Below are positions 24,263-36,359 of a stretch of 64,000 nt of DNA, piece after piece. Where the stretch lies: the IMG/VR virus record IMGVR_UViG_3300005253_000946; one strand, written 5' to 3'. A program made the position numbers and the translations under genes. Numbering within the stretch: position 1 is the stretch's first letter; each line of letters begins with the position of its first letter. Source of the DNA: a virus. The notes under the pieces are model-generated. The model saw only the letters and a list, made by a program, of their open reading frames with translations, ran no database searches and had not been told where the DNA came from.

Positions 24263-26753
24263 CTATTTTCGTCTTGGTTCGGCATCTCTTTCTCCTTGTA
24301 AATATTCTTCGGTGACTACTAGTATTTCGCCAGACTTTAACAACTCGGCAGCTTGTTTAAGAGATTCAGTTGTTCCGTATTCAGATTCATGGTGACCACC
24401 ATCTCCGTGAATATTAGCTAAAATATTAGATATAGGGTTTGCTGCTTCTTTATCGTCGACTCTACCTCTTTCAAGTGCAGTAGCGATCCGCTCTAACGCA
24501 TTAGCTATTTTAGGAGCAGTGCCTTCATAGAATCTCTTACCTATTACCGTTTGAAAAAATTCCATTACCTATTCTCCCTAAACAAAGGTTTAAGACATTC
24601 AGCTCTCTGCATCGGATCTTGTATCTCTGCACAAGTCTCTCTTAAAGCCTTAGCGTTATCTTCTGCTTCTGTCCCAAGTGGACCAAAGCAATACACGCAG
24701 CTATGAGCACAGGCTAGTATAAATATAGCTATGCCGATTATACTCCACATCTCTGATGTTGCTGCCCAGGCTTCTACTCTAACTACTCGTGGTTTCTTTT
24801 CTTTTTCTTCAGACATAGGGGAGTTCCTTTTCCATGGTTTATTGTTGCAGCTAGGACAAATGAAACCTAGTTTCAAAGGACAAGTACACCATTTATCGTT
24901 ATCCATTATAGTCCCAACTCCTTCGTTCGTTCGATTGTTTTTAGTCTTCTTAATTCACACCATTCATAGGCAGCTTCCCACATCTTCTGCTCACAGGTAG
25001 CACACATAGTATATGAGGGGCCTTTACCCTCTCCCATATAGACAGGCCTAAAGTTAAGAATAATCTTCTTACTGGTAAAGTCGCTATTATCCAACTTCTT
25101 ACCACAAAGTTCACAGTTACCTTCATCTAACAGCTTATCTAATTTATCGAATAAGCGTCCTAGGAATCTTTTTCGCATTACAGCAGCTGGCCCTTCCTAC
25201 GCATAAGGAAGTACACGCCAGGACCAAACTCAGACTCAGATGCACTAAGTATATGACAGTGTACACACGTACCGTCTCCAGTACATTCACGGTAATCAGC
25301 CTGCCTACGTAGGAGCCAGTTATAATAACGTGCCTTACTACGACGATACCAATTGTATACTTTTGTTATATACTGGATAATAGGTAAGATTTGAGCAGCA
25401 TCTTCGACTGTAAACTCTGTTTTGTAGTACCCAATAGATTTATCCACAACCACACTCCAGATCTTCCATAGTACATTTAAACTCTATCATCTGTTTCTTA
25501 CGTACCTCATCAGTTGTACATTTAAGGCCTTGAGACATACGCCAAAGTTTACCTTTAGTAGGGAAGTCCCAACCCATCTTTTCACAGATCGCCTTTAGAA
25601 TAGGAGCACCATAATTCTGGTAAGAGATCTCTTTGTTTTTTATCTTATAGACGAGATCATCTTTACCTAATAACCACATCCACTCTGTCATCTTTTCTAT
25701 AGTACGGCTGGCGGAAAGGCTTCGGTGGTTTTTTGCTTTTCTTTTGCCATAGTCTTCCATATAAGTCTTAGCTTCAGCTTCAACACCGTCTAAGGGTAGT
25801 GGGTAATCTTTCCAGTTTTGTTCTGAAGCATCCTCTTTTAAGAAGGCTTTAGCGTTATCCCAATCTAAGTAAGGTAATAACACATCCAGTTCAAATCCTA
25901 AAAAGGAGTCTTCTTTAATTTTGTTGATACGATCAACTATCTCTTGTTGTGTTTTCATAATAAAAACCTCCTACACACCTTATAACTGTTTTTGGTCTAA
26001 GTTTTCTTACCCTCTTCTGATTTAGTGTTGTGTTCTGTGTTTAGGATCATCAAACATTTACCTTTGAATTCCTTAGTTTTAGAAGACAGAGTAGTTCTTT
26101 TTGTAGGACTTATACCTAGAGGTATATCTATCTTCACATTTGCGTAACCATCACCCATGTCATACATAAATCTAGTTCATCCATCAGACACTGTTCGTCT
26201 GCGGCAGTGTACCTACCATACCACTCACCTGAATCTACCTTCTCGAATAGAGACGCACCTACGTTTCTAGTGAGTAGCTTTTCGAAATGTTTAGGCATCA
26301 ATAACTCCTTAATGTTTTGCTACTTCCTATACCACTTATAGGGTCTAAAAAATCACCCCAATGTAGAATCTTTCCTTCCTTATCTAATTGTTTTACTGCT
26401 TTTACTAGAGGCGAATATTCTTCTGAATCTTTTTCCATAAATTGTTGTTCTATATCCCTACAGCTATAACATATGGAGTAAAGAACCAAAGCCTCTGTAA
26501 TCTTGTCTCGTACTTCATTAGCGCCCTTCCCCTCCTTGTGGTATAAAAGACTCACTGTTCCCCTACCTTCTTTATCTTGACCACAAAGCATACATTGATT
26601 ACTTACTGAGGCTACAGATGCGACTATTACCTCTATATACACCCAGGTTAAGATTACTGGGGTATCTCCATCAAACATACCTTCTTTCTTAATCTGTATA
26701 AGTTCTTTTCTGAGTTCAGTTTTTACTTTTTTAAGATCACTCGATTTAATCAT
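24263..26753 (-). other. Block of hypothetical CDSs (24263-24565, 24565-24906, 24906-25178, 25178-25453, 25440-25958, 26298-26753)
   Basis: Coupled ORFs. Confidence 0.65.
25979..26006 (-). promoter_or_regulatory. Putative phage promoter GAAAAC-N16-TATAAG
   Basis: Matches the motif family; upstream of 25440-25958. Confidence 0.5.
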
Positions 26754-27874
26754 TCTCTTGATACCTCCTCTTCAGTAGGTTTAACTTTTATAACGTACTG
26801 TTTTTTAGACTCTCGTAGGTATCTACCTCTGGTATGGGGTTCGATCCAAATCAGTTTGTGTTGTGACCATCTAATGCCACAAGCTTGCCATCGGCCATGA
26901 CCTCGAACACGAGTTTGGACTGTAATCTTTATACCAGTTTTTTCAGAAGGTTTATTAACCTCTTCCTCTGTTTTAGGTCCTACTATGATGTAAGAAGGTC
27001 TTACGTTGTGAAGCTTTCTCTCAAGCTTTTTACGCTTCCCGGAGCTTTTAGCCCGTTTCAACTTCTTTCTAATCTCTACTTCGTCATTAAAGACCTTCAT
27101 CATGTCTGGAGTTTTAGAGGTTAGGTACAGGCACGTATTCAAGACGAACCTGAACATTTCTTTGGTCCGCTCATAATTCGGACCCATGATATTATTTGCT
27201 TCGTTCTTGTACTTCGCTAGAAAAGCTTTTAAGCACTCGTCTGCTGTAGGCTTGTTTAGTACGATATAGAACCAAGTTACAGCGTCGTCTATGACTTCAT
27301 CTCTTATAGTGCCCCCAGCTAGCTCTACGATTTTTCTAGCGCTCTTTTCTTCACCAACTCCACAGATATACATCCTTCTATCTTCTTTGGGCTGATCTGG
27401 TGGTAAACACACATAGATACCAGTTAAGTTGTGTTCACCAGATAGTTGGTTCCATATCTGCATAATAGGTGGAGCTGATATATAGAAGAATTCGAAGGGT
27501 GTCTTTATTGACTCTGTAGGCACCTTATTGAGTTTAGTATATAGCAGTCTGTCAGCCATTTCAGGTAGTATATGGAAGATACCTTTACCGGCTTTCTGTA
27601 AACCCCACATTTGATACATAATATGTAGAGAGGCTACAATAGATGCCGCATCATAAGATACCTCGTCCTCTTCAGATAATCCATAGAGGTTAAACATTCT
27701 CCCAGTGAGTTCTCCTACAGCTTTTGTATTTAAAACATCGGTAAATGTAGGAAATTTCTTACCACATTCTTTGGCAGCTCTATCCATCAATTTCATCGAT
27801 GCCTTTGCAGTAGTAGATCGACTCATCTTCTCGAAGTGAGTAAGCTTTACTTGATGTTTCATCAGCCTGTCCAT
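26750..27874 (-). CDS. Large-phage hypothetical protein with a C-terminal VRGHxR...WIxP motif
   Basis: 374-aa intact ORF; TRVRGHGRWQACG...KLIWIEPHTRG. Confidence 0.75.
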   Translation of the reverse strand: MDRLMKHQVKLTHFEKMSRSTTAKASMKLMDRAAKECGKKFPTFTDVLNTKAVGELTGRMFNLYGLSEEDEVSYDAASIVASLHIMYQMWGLQKAGKGIFHILPEMADRLLYTKLNKVPTESIKTPFEFFYISAPPIMQIWNQLSGEHNLTGIYVCLPPDQPKEDRRMYICGVGEEKSARKIVELAGGTIRDEVIDDAVTWFYIVLNKPTADECLKAFLAKYKNEANNIMGPNYERTKEMFRFVLNTCLYLTSKTPDMMKVFNDEVEIRKKLKRAKSSGKRKKLERKLHNVRPSYIIVGPKTEEEVNKPSEKTGIKITVQTRVRGHGRWQACGIRWSQHKLIWIEPHTRGRYLRESKKQYVIKVKPTEEEVSRE

Positions 27875-28490
27875 TCTATGTCGACAGAAATCTCGCCGTC
27901 TGCGACTTTACATGTACCGCCTTCAATTACGTCACGGCCTAAAAACTTCCCACCTTTAAGTTGAGGGTTGTCATTTAATACCTTTTTAGTGAGTATGATT
28001 TGATTTGGTGTAAAGCCTCTTTCGGCTAGAGACTTCATAGCATCGATTACGTCAGAAACATTAAAATTCAATATATCCATGCCTGGTGTTAATTCCTCGT
28101 ATAGGTCTCTCATGCTTGCTCCTCGATGGCTAAAGGGGTGTTCCCCCTTGTTTGTGTTACGTGAGTACTTATTCTAGTACTCACGTCTTCCTGCTCCTAC
28201 GAATGCGCCGATGATATCTTTGGTAACATCAACGATGGCTTCACGATTTGCAGCACGCTCTTCCCGCTCAATAGTTTCTATTTCACGGTTGTGGCGACGC
28301 CGTTCGGACACTTCCGATTTTAATATTTTAGTTTGCTTTTCGTCTTCCGTTAACTCCTCGTGAAAGGACACAGAGACTTCACCAAAATCGACTCGTTCAC
28401 TTGCCTTAGTGTCATTCAAGTGTGCTTTTCTACTCATAATAATCTCCTCCTAGTAAAAGGATGTGGGTTGTAGTTTTTGCCTTCATAAAT

Positions 28491-28518
28491 CTTATGGCAC
28501 TAATTAGCCGATTATTTC
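28491..28518 (-). promoter_or_regulatory. Putative phage promoter GAAATA-N16-CATAAG
   Basis: Followed by ATTTATGAAGGCAAAAAC, identical to the unit at 45584. Confidence 0.65.
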
Positions 28519-28939
28519 ACTAATAGCTAAGGGATTTTACTCCCTTTTGACCCACGCCCGTAGGCGAGGCCAGACACGTAGATAGCACCAGTACACGACC
28601 GCCGCCGCCATAAATACCAGTACTTCGAAACACGCTGCTAGTAAGATTTCCACGATGGTCTCCTAACTGTCTAAGTATGCGACGCCGTTTATTGTGAATT
28701 GCTTGACTCCATCTATAAAGACGGAGAATTTGTTATTCGCTACTTTGTCGCACACTGCTTTGAATTCTCTTTCGACGTCTTCGACTACAGCGTGTATAAT
28801 GGTCTCAGACGAATTTCTAGTTTCCCTAATCATTAATTTGACCGTATCCGCGTCCTTAACCACACTGCTGAGTACTTCTAGGCCTGTCATTAGTTTCATT
28901 GTTAGTCTCCTTAGAATGAGTGTTTTTGCCTTCACTATT

Positions 28940-28967
28940 CTTATACCACGTAAGTGCTTGTTATTTC
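28940..28967 (-). promoter_or_regulatory. Putative phage promoter GAAATA-N16-TATAAG
   Basis: Followed by TGAAGGCAAAAAC. Confidence 0.65.
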
Positions 28968-28974
28968 AGGGCAA

Positions 28975-29007
28975 AAAGAAAGACACCTACTAGAGGTGTC
29001 TTTCTTT
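28975..29007 (-). terminator. Rho-independent terminator
   Basis: 14-bp perfect stem AAAGAAAGACACCT/AGGTGTCTTTCTTT with a U-tract on the minus strand. Confidence 0.75.
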
Positions 29008-29356
29008 CAAACTACGCATAGTAGTTCACTATCTTTGTGCGTCAGCGTATCTCCTTAAAGGGCTGGGTAGTGAATAAGTAGTGATGAATACATCTGCTTG
29101 CTCGGTAAATACATAGATCTGGTGTCCATAGAGTAGAACTTTCTTTGGTTCACCACTAGAGTCTCTCATTCGATCTTCTATATATCTTTTGAGCCTTCCT
29201 TTCAGATCTTTCACACTTTTTCCTTGTTCTAATACCTTTCTCAGCAGGTTTTCTGAGTAGGTTCCTATACGTTGACGCATCCTCTTTTTACCGTGATGCG
29301 TGACTTTCATTTGAGTTTACTCCTTTCTAAAGAGCTGTTCTTTTGTCTCTATTAAT

Positions 29357-29384
29357 CTTATACCACTTTAACACAGGGTATTTC
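29357..29384 (-). promoter_or_regulatory. Putative phage promoter GAAATA-N16-TATAAG
   Basis: Exact consensus match upstream of 29029-29310. Confidence 0.6.
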
Positions 29385-29426
29385 GGTATTGAAGTGCAGA
29401 CTACTCTATGTTAGTTTTATATTTCA

Positions 29427-30233
29427 ATGGATAGCCAAAAAAATGTGGAGGAGTATGCGTTAGAACTAGTGCGTGCTCAGTCCTTTAGGGACGAACTTTC
29501 TGTTATACGGGATAGAGGTTTAGACAAAGAAGCCTCTATAGCTGCTGAACTCTTGTCGACAGTGGCAAATATGGGTCCAGAAGCTATTGCAGCACTAACA
29601 GCTACTGCAGCTGCTGCTAAAGCTTATGCCTATACTCACAGTGCTTTATGGGCCACCAATGCGTTTCAGCGGTACGGTTCTAACTTTAAATTGATCAGAA
29701 AGATGCACGCTGGTTTGGGGGGTATAGCTTACCGAGCTGGTAGAGAAGGTATGCCTTTAGGAAAGGTTATTAAGATTCCAGGTATTCTTACAGGCAACAT
29801 TAAAAACCCAATCAAGATGGTTAAAACTGAATCAACTTTTGCTGGCCATATAGCTGGAACCTTTTTAACTCCAGATCTAGTCAAAGGATTGAAGTGGGCA
29901 CATAAAGCAGGAGCAGCTTCTCGTTATATACCTAAAGCGATAGCTCCAGATAAAATTGCAAAGTTAATTACATCTAATGAGTTTATCAAGAAGAGGATGC
30001 CTGCTAGTGTATTAGAGGCTGCTCAATACATCCCACAAGGTAAGGGTGGAGCTACAGGTAGAGCATTGGGTTATGCTTTTACGAGGCCTGTTAAAGGTAT
30101 AGCTGAAGATGTAGTAAACAAAAAAGCTATTAAGAAGCTCGTAGAGATAGGTAATACTCCTGTAAGTCAGTTAGGCAAATACCTCAAGCCGAAAACTAAG
30201 ATACAGAAGATCAAAGAGATTCTGACGGAGTAG
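29427..30233 (+). CDS. Hypothetical Ala/Gly/Lys-rich protein, possibly virion-associated
   Basis: 268-aa plus-strand ORF; TTGAAG-N17-TAGTTT upstream; N-terminal SFRDEL...DKEA motif. Confidence 0.7.
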   Translation: MDSQKNVEEYALELVRAQSFRDELSVIRDRGLDKEASIAAELLSTVANMGPEAIAALTATAAAAKAYAYTHSALWATNAFQRYGSNFKLIRKMHAGLGGIAYRAGREGMPLGKVIKIPGILTGNIKNPIKMVKTESTFAGHIAGTFLTPDLVKGLKWAHKAGAASRYIPKAIAPDKIAKLITSNEFIKKRMPASVLEAAQYIPQGKGGATGRALGYAFTRPVKGIAEDVVNKKAIKKLVEIGNTPVSQLGKYLKPKTKIQKIKEILTE

Positions 30234-32781
30234 TTTCAGACAATTTACAGGCTATAGAGTGTATACACAGCCCAACAAACATTCCTAAAAAACCCCATCC
30301 AGGCGACATATATTCCCAGTTGTCTTTAGCGAACTGTACAAAAGCCTCTAAGCCCATCCAGTCTTGTATGAAGGTATACAGACTCACGGTAAAGACGAAT
30401 CCACCTACAAACGAGGTCCGAAGTAGATACTTCATTGAACAGCCTTTGTTATGTCTCGTCTTACTCGGTTCAGTGTTTTAGGTATCTGCATCGCTCGCTC
30501 GTGTAACCTACGCCAGTACTGGATTTTCTTCTGTAGCAATACCCATATACTATAGGTAGTAGCTCCAAGTAAGAACGCTAAAGCAAGTTTTACAGCCATG
30601 TTATCCTCCACATTTGATGCAAGACCATTTAAGGGTTTTTGTGTTTAGTCGAACTATATTTCGAGTTTTATTCTTAGTTTTGTAAACTCTCTCTTCTCCG
30701 ACTCCTATATACAGTTTACCTTTAGTAGCACAATTTGGACATGCAACTTTTTTGTTATTTAAGTCTGCTCTCCCCTGTACGCTTTTATGTATAGCTTCAG
30801 CTATTGTTTTACCTTTAAAGGTCTTACCTACTTCAGGGGTCTTCTTCATACTGATCCCGTAATGAAATACAGCAGTTTTAGGGTTGAACCAGAGTATAGG
30901 ATGTAATTCAGATACAGAGTCTGCCTCTATACGATTGTAAGTAGATAGCGCCGCTTTAATACGCAACTGCCTTCTGTCAGACATAAGATTTCCTTTAAAA
31001 AAACGGGGGCATTGACGACCCCCGTTGGAATATTTTGCGGTTCAAGGACCGCACCCGTTCTCGATGAGGACTACTTATCTACAGTTTTGACCCGCTTATT
31101 AAGTTTAGTGTCTGATACTGGTTTTTGGCCCATCATACCAGCTGCACCTAAAGGAACTTCCTGTATAATCTCTTCTTCTCCTGAAGCTGTTTCAGTGATC
31201 TCCTGTGGTGCATCTGCTTCTAGAACAACTGCTTCATGTTTAGCGGCCGGTTCGGGGATCGGTTGTATTGGCCAACCATATTTAGCTTCTCTAGCAGACA
31301 TTCTTTTCTGAGAGTCTTCAGCGATAGCCTCAGCCATCTCAAAGTTTAATTCTTCAGGGTTGTCGTATATTTTACCTTCTGGGGTATGTCGGTAGTCGAT
31401 AAACCCTAAAAAGATTAACTCACCCTTCTCGTTGCGTGTAAGGGCTATCTCGGTACCCATAGCGTGGGCTGCAAGCCTGTTGATCTCTTGTAGCATTCCG
31501 CTACTTACAACTTCTTGTAGTGATATTTTTCTGAGAACTGACATGTATATTTCTCCTTATGAGTTAGCGGCATGACTAGCCGCTTCTTGCTTCGTTTTAA
31601 ATTTAGCTGTTGGTTTTGCTAGTGGGCCTTTTGCTTTTACTATGAATGGGAATGATGGGTCTGTAACGTCTAGCTCGACGATAAATCCTCTAACCATCTG
31701 ATTATTTTTAAACACATCCCAGGTTTCAGGATTTGAGTTGAAACGTTTCTTTGTAGTAGCAATAAAAGAAGGGGTTTGACCAAGAACAGTATCGACTTGC
31801 TGTACAGACATATTAGACTCCTTAGTTAACGTCGGAAGACTTTCTAACTGAGAATAAAGCTCTATCAGTAACTTGTCTAGCGAACTCAAACACGTTTGGG
31901 TTATTCATCTCTAAATTAGCAAGATATTTTTGAAGATTCTCGTCAGTATCGTCGGCATTATCTACGTTTACGATTACCTTATCGACAACAGCTGGTGGTA
32001 CGCAGTTGTAGATCAGAGTAGCAATAAAGGCCAGCATCTTATCGCTGTTAAGCTTTATTTCTTCTCCAGGTTTGACTGTTTCTTCCACGATATTTCCTTG
32101 TTCCATTATACATTCTCCAGATTAGTTGTGGGCCTTTAAACTTCGAAGTAGACGTTAAACGCCTTCCTGGTTAAAAGCCTTACATAGTCCAAATACAATT
32201 GCAACTCGTCTCCTTTGTGATCTAGGATAAAAATATCTGATTTTTCATGTATTTTGTTATCTAGAACAGCCATCATCCCTTCTAAGTCATTCCTATTTAT
32301 CTCGTTTGTTCCTGGGTCAAACAGTAAGAATCTTCTCTCTGTTTGGTCTGTATATAGTATATCAAATATTTTACTAAGTTCTCCGTTGTTACTTAGTTCG
32401 TGTTCCTCCTCAATATCGTGTAAAGTATCTTCTTCTACTTCTAGGGCTGTGGGGGTGAGATATCCGGTACGTTTGCATATTATAGTGTCAATCATCGTCT
32501 TCTCCTACGTAGACTGGGTTTTTCTTTAAAGCTAATATGATTCCGATCAAGAAGAAGTACACAATTATCTCTTCTCCGTTAGTTTTTAGGGGGATATATC
32601 TGATCATTACAAACAGGCAAGCTGTCAGAGATAATTCTACAAAAGCTATAACGTACAGCTTCCAAAAACCGACAGTCTTACGATGTACGAAAGCTTTAAT
32701 TGCACCCAATGTTGTCAGAAACAGATGATAAAAACCTAATACCAATATCAAAGGTTCTAAATATTCTATTGTTATTTCCAT
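30211..32781 (-). other. Block of hypothetical CDSs (30211-30435 membrane, 30601-30984, 31071-31544, ~31557-31810, 31822-32106, 32136-32495, 32488-32781 membrane)
   Basis: Co-oriented ORFs with RBSs. Confidence 0.65.
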
Positions 32782-32871
32782 GTCTTCACAATCCTTATAC
32801 CAGTTTTAGTATTGTAATTGCGTCCGTTGATCTTTACATAGGATCGGTGGGTCGTATACACTCATTGTGGT

Positions 32872-34335
32872 ATGAACTATCAATTCTATAGTGGTTTTAC
32901 TTCTGAGCTAGAAAAAATAGCTAAAGTAAAAACCCCCCTTAAAGAGCACCAACTACGTGTCGTTAAGAGGATGCTCGAAGAGGACCAGGAAGGTCTGGTA
33001 GTAGCTCACGGACTAGGTAGCGGTAAAACCCTTACCAGTCTTGCTGTAATAGATGCACTCAAACAGCCGACAGATGTAGTAGTCCCTGCCTCACTGCAGG
33101 ATAACTACGCTAAAGAACAGAGGAAGCATACTAGCGGCATTAAGCTAGAGATCCAGTCTCTTCAAAATATCGCACGTAAGCGCAGGGTTCCTTCTAAGCC
33201 TGTTTTGATTATAGACGAAGCTCACCGCGCACGTAATCCAGATACAGCTCAGTATCGTACCCTTGCCGCATCCCCAGCTAAAAAGAGAATGCTTCTTACA
33301 GCATCTCCTATATATAACCACCCAAGTGATTTAGCACCTTTGGTAAATATAGCTGCCGGAAACAAAGTTCTTCCTCTAAATAAGAAGGACTTCGAGAATG
33401 CCTACATACTAAAGAAGAAAATATCTCCAGGATTTTGGAAGTCGCTCATAGGTATTAAACCAGGAGAACTCGCTGAACTTAATCCAGATAAAAGGGATGA
33501 GCTTAATGAGGTTATGCGTAAGTGGGTCGATTACCAGGAAAATTCTAGAGAGGGATTCCCTGAGAAGACTACCACGACTATCAAAGTTCCTATGACCGAG
33601 GAGCAACTTAAAGTACATGATTCTATTTTAGGTAAGGCACCATTTTGGGTACGTATGAAGGTTAGAGCAGGTCTTCCGCCATCCAAGTCCGAATCTAAAC
33701 AACTGAACTCGTTCCTTACCGGTACTAGACAGATATCTAATACTACCAAGGCTCACCAGCCAGATGCTGTCCCACAAGAACCTAAGATAGAAGATGCATT
33801 TAGACGTCTCAAGAAAGTTCTGAAAGAGAAGGGTAAAAAAGGTAAAGCAGTTGTTTATAGTCAATACCTTAGTGCTGGTATCGAGCCGTACAAACGTCGA
33901 CTAGAAGAAGCTAAGATACCTTATGGAGAGTTTACAGGTAAGATGCGTAAGAAAGAGCGAGACCAACTTATCAGGGATTATAATACTGGTAAGAAAAAAG
34001 TTCTCTTACTGTCTCGCGCAGGCGGAGAGGGTCTAGACCTAGTTGGCACAAATCTTGTACAGATAATGGAGCCACACTGGAATAACGAGGCGATTAACCA
34101 AGTTATCGGTAGGGCTGTCAGATACGGAAGCCACGCACATCTACCTAAGAAAGACCGTAAGGTACAAATACAAAAGTTCCTTGCTCGTAGACCTGACCCT
34201 GGTTTCTTTGGTAAGCTTATAGGTAGTGACAAAGACAGGGCTACTGATGAATATTTACAGATGCTGGCCGATAACAAAGATTTATTAAATATACAATTCA
34301 TAGACTTATTAAAAGGTTCTACTAGTGAACAATGA
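32872..34335 (+). CDS. Superfamily 2 (SNF2/DEAH-like) helicase
   Basis: HGLGSGKT (motif I), IIDEAH (II), LLTASP (III), LSRAGGEGLDL (V), QVIGRAVR (VI). Confidence 0.92.
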   Translation: MNYQFYSGFTSELEKIAKVKTPLKEHQLRVVKRMLEEDQEGLVVAHGLGSGKTLTSLAVIDALKQPTDVVVPASLQDNYAKEQRKHTSGIKLEIQSLQNIARKRRVPSKPVLIIDEAHRARNPDTAQYRTLAASPAKKRMLLTASPIYNHPSDLAPLVNIAAGNKVLPLNKKDFENAYILKKKISPGFWKSLIGIKPGELAELNPDKRDELNEVMRKWVDYQENSREGFPEKTTTTIKVPMTEEQLKVHDSILGKAPFWVRMKVRAGLPPSKSESKQLNSFLTGTRQISNTTKAHQPDAVPQEPKIEDAFRRLKKVLKEKGKKGKAVVYSQYLSAGIEPYKRRLEEAKIPYGEFTGKMRKKERDQLIRDYNTGKKKVLLLSRAGGEGLDLVGTNLVQIMEPHWNNEAINQVIGRAVRYGSHAHLPKKDRKVQIQKFLARRPDPGFFGKLIGSDKDRATDEYLQMLADNKDLLNIQFIDLLKGSTSEQ

Positions 34336-34378
34336 TTTCTTAAAAGGCTTTGTAAAAGAAGCCATCTCTGTTAAAGAT

Positions 34379-35714
34379 TTAGGAGCTGTAATGAAGGCGG
34401 TTAAGTTTGGAGGATATTTGAGAGTATTCAATTTCGGCCATTCTTTGTTCTATACGTTTCTTTACTTTTTTACGTGTGTTTGTCTCGGTGTCTAATTCTA
34501 GCCAATTAAGACAGTCCATCAACAAGTAATGTCTTAAAGTAGATTCTCGTCCTTGAGATTTATTCAATTCCCGTAGTTGTCTGATTTCTGCAATAAGTAG
34601 TGGCACCATACTTAAGATTTCTGCTGTACGTGCCCATTCCTCAGCGGCATCGTCTTCGACTCGACTGTTTTCTAATGCTGTTAATACTTCCTCGCTCAGA
34701 ACCTTGTTGTCCTCGTTCAGATCCTCATCCGAATTAGATAAAAGCTTTGCAAAATTATCTGGAAAGCATTCAGCATCGGAGTAGTCTGAATTTGCTTCAA
34801 GGTCGTTGCAGAAGCCACTACTGTCTCCATATACACAATTTTTACCTATCGCACATTTAGTTTTTTTGTTCATCGTAACCCTTCTTCGAATACCATAAGT
34901 TGTGGTCTGTACACTGCTCGAAATATTATATTACACTTTCCCTTTCTTTCTTTAGTCGAAGTCTTTTTTGTTCTGCCTCTTTTACATACGCTAACATTTT
35001 AGGGTCTGGTTCTAGGACTTCAAAACAATGTACTGACCAATCGTACCAAGCTTTAGTTAGATCGTCCCTTGCTGAATCTACTCTCTTTCGAGCCTCTTCT
35101 ACAGCTAATATTAATTCTTTATTTTTAGACATTATTTTAACCCTTCTTCGAGTATTATAAGTTTGGTCTCACATTTCATAAGTTGCGGTCCGTACACTAC
35201 TGTTCCCGCAAGACAACCTAACAAAAAGCAGATAACGCCTACCGCTATTGCTCCTTTTATCGACACATAGTTAATCTCTATATCCATATTGACCTAACGT
35301 TCTGCCCTACAGTAAGGGACCAAGTATTACGATTGCGTTTAATTTACCTACAACTGTGCCGTAGAAGGTATCGCTAACGAAGCGGTCTTCCCATCCAATA
35401 TCTATGTCGACAATGCCGTAAATCGTGTAACCCATTTACCATTTACTCGCCGGGTTCTGGTAACAGTTGGGGACTACCCTATTGGTCTCTATGGTAGTAA
35501 TCCCTTCTTTATTAGATGAGATTGTCCTGGTTTTTATTAGTGTGTAAATACAGAATACTCTTGGGTGTGAGTAGTTTAATACTCTAACCTCTGCACCTTC
35601 ATCCTCTGTAGTATATGAAGCTACTGGAGTCATATCACCAGTAGAGCCCTGGTACCCTTCTGTATCAGCTATCGGTACCAGAAGTATTGCCATCAGGATT
35701 AACAGTTTCTTCAT
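34379..35714 (-). other. Hypothetical CDSs (34379-34873, 34926-35132, a small membrane ORF ending ~35133, 35436-35714 with a signal peptide)
   Basis: Co-oriented ORFs; direct repeats at 34876-34915 and 35138-35198. Confidence 0.6.
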
Positions 35715-35882
35715 TTTTGTTTACTTTCTCCTTCAAGTTTTTTAATACTTGCTTCGGTTTGTAGTTGTCTCTTTTTTGCTCTTAACTTCTCGATCTTGTT
35801 TTCAGTAACTTTGTACTGATTCCTTAGACCTCCTAATTTCTCGTAGAGCTTATTGATCTTTTCTGTAAAAGCTTCTATAGAT

Positions 35883-36359
35883 TCACTCATTAGCTTCCTC
35901 TAATATCTTTAACGCTTTCTCGTATCGTTTTCTCATACCGTCTGGTAAGATATAGCTTCCACGGTCTGTACGCATGTTATCATTGATGTCTGCCTTTTTT
36001 ATCTTAATAGCATCAGAGTCTGTAGCAGATCTTTTTACAAAGTCAAAATAGGTCTCACCTTCTCTACGACTTACAAGGTCTACTAATTCAGCCACCCGTA
36101 CCCCAAAGCAACGTTCTATACCTTCGATGGTGGTAGTTGTGTCCTCTACAATGTCATGTAAGGCTCCAGCAGCCTGTATCTCTTCAGACTCGTCCTTGAG
36201 GGTTTCAGAGACTGTTAGAGGGTGTAGGATGTAAGGAAGACCCCCTTTGTCTAGAGCACCTTCGTGAGCGTTTGTAGCTAACTCTTTAGCTCGTTCTACA
36301 AGTCCCAGCCGTGGCCCACTGGTATGCGACCCCTGTTGTTTGGTATTATCGGTGGCCAT
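35883..36359 (-). CDS. HD-domain hydrolase, RelA/SpoT hydrolase (small alarmone hydrolase)-like
   Basis: AHEG...KGGLPYILHP...AAGALHDIVEDT...IKKADINDN. Confidence 0.85.
   Translation of the reverse strand: MATDNTKQQGSHTSGPRLGLVERAKELATNAHEGALDKGGLPYILHPLTVSETLKDESEEIQAAGALHDIVEDTTTTIEGIERCFGVRVAELVDLVSRREGETYFDFVKRSATDSDAIKIKKADINDNMRTDRGSYILPDGMRKRYEKALKILEEANE

Larger units (their letters stand above)
27862..29310 (-). other. Short promoter-rich gene units (27862-28113, 28174-28437, ~28663-28896, 29029-29310)
   Basis: Three of the genes (28174-28437, ~28663-28896, 29029-29310) follow a GAAATA-N16-YATAAG promoter; 29029-29310 begins MKVTHHGKKRMRQR (DUF4258-like start). Confidence 0.65.
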
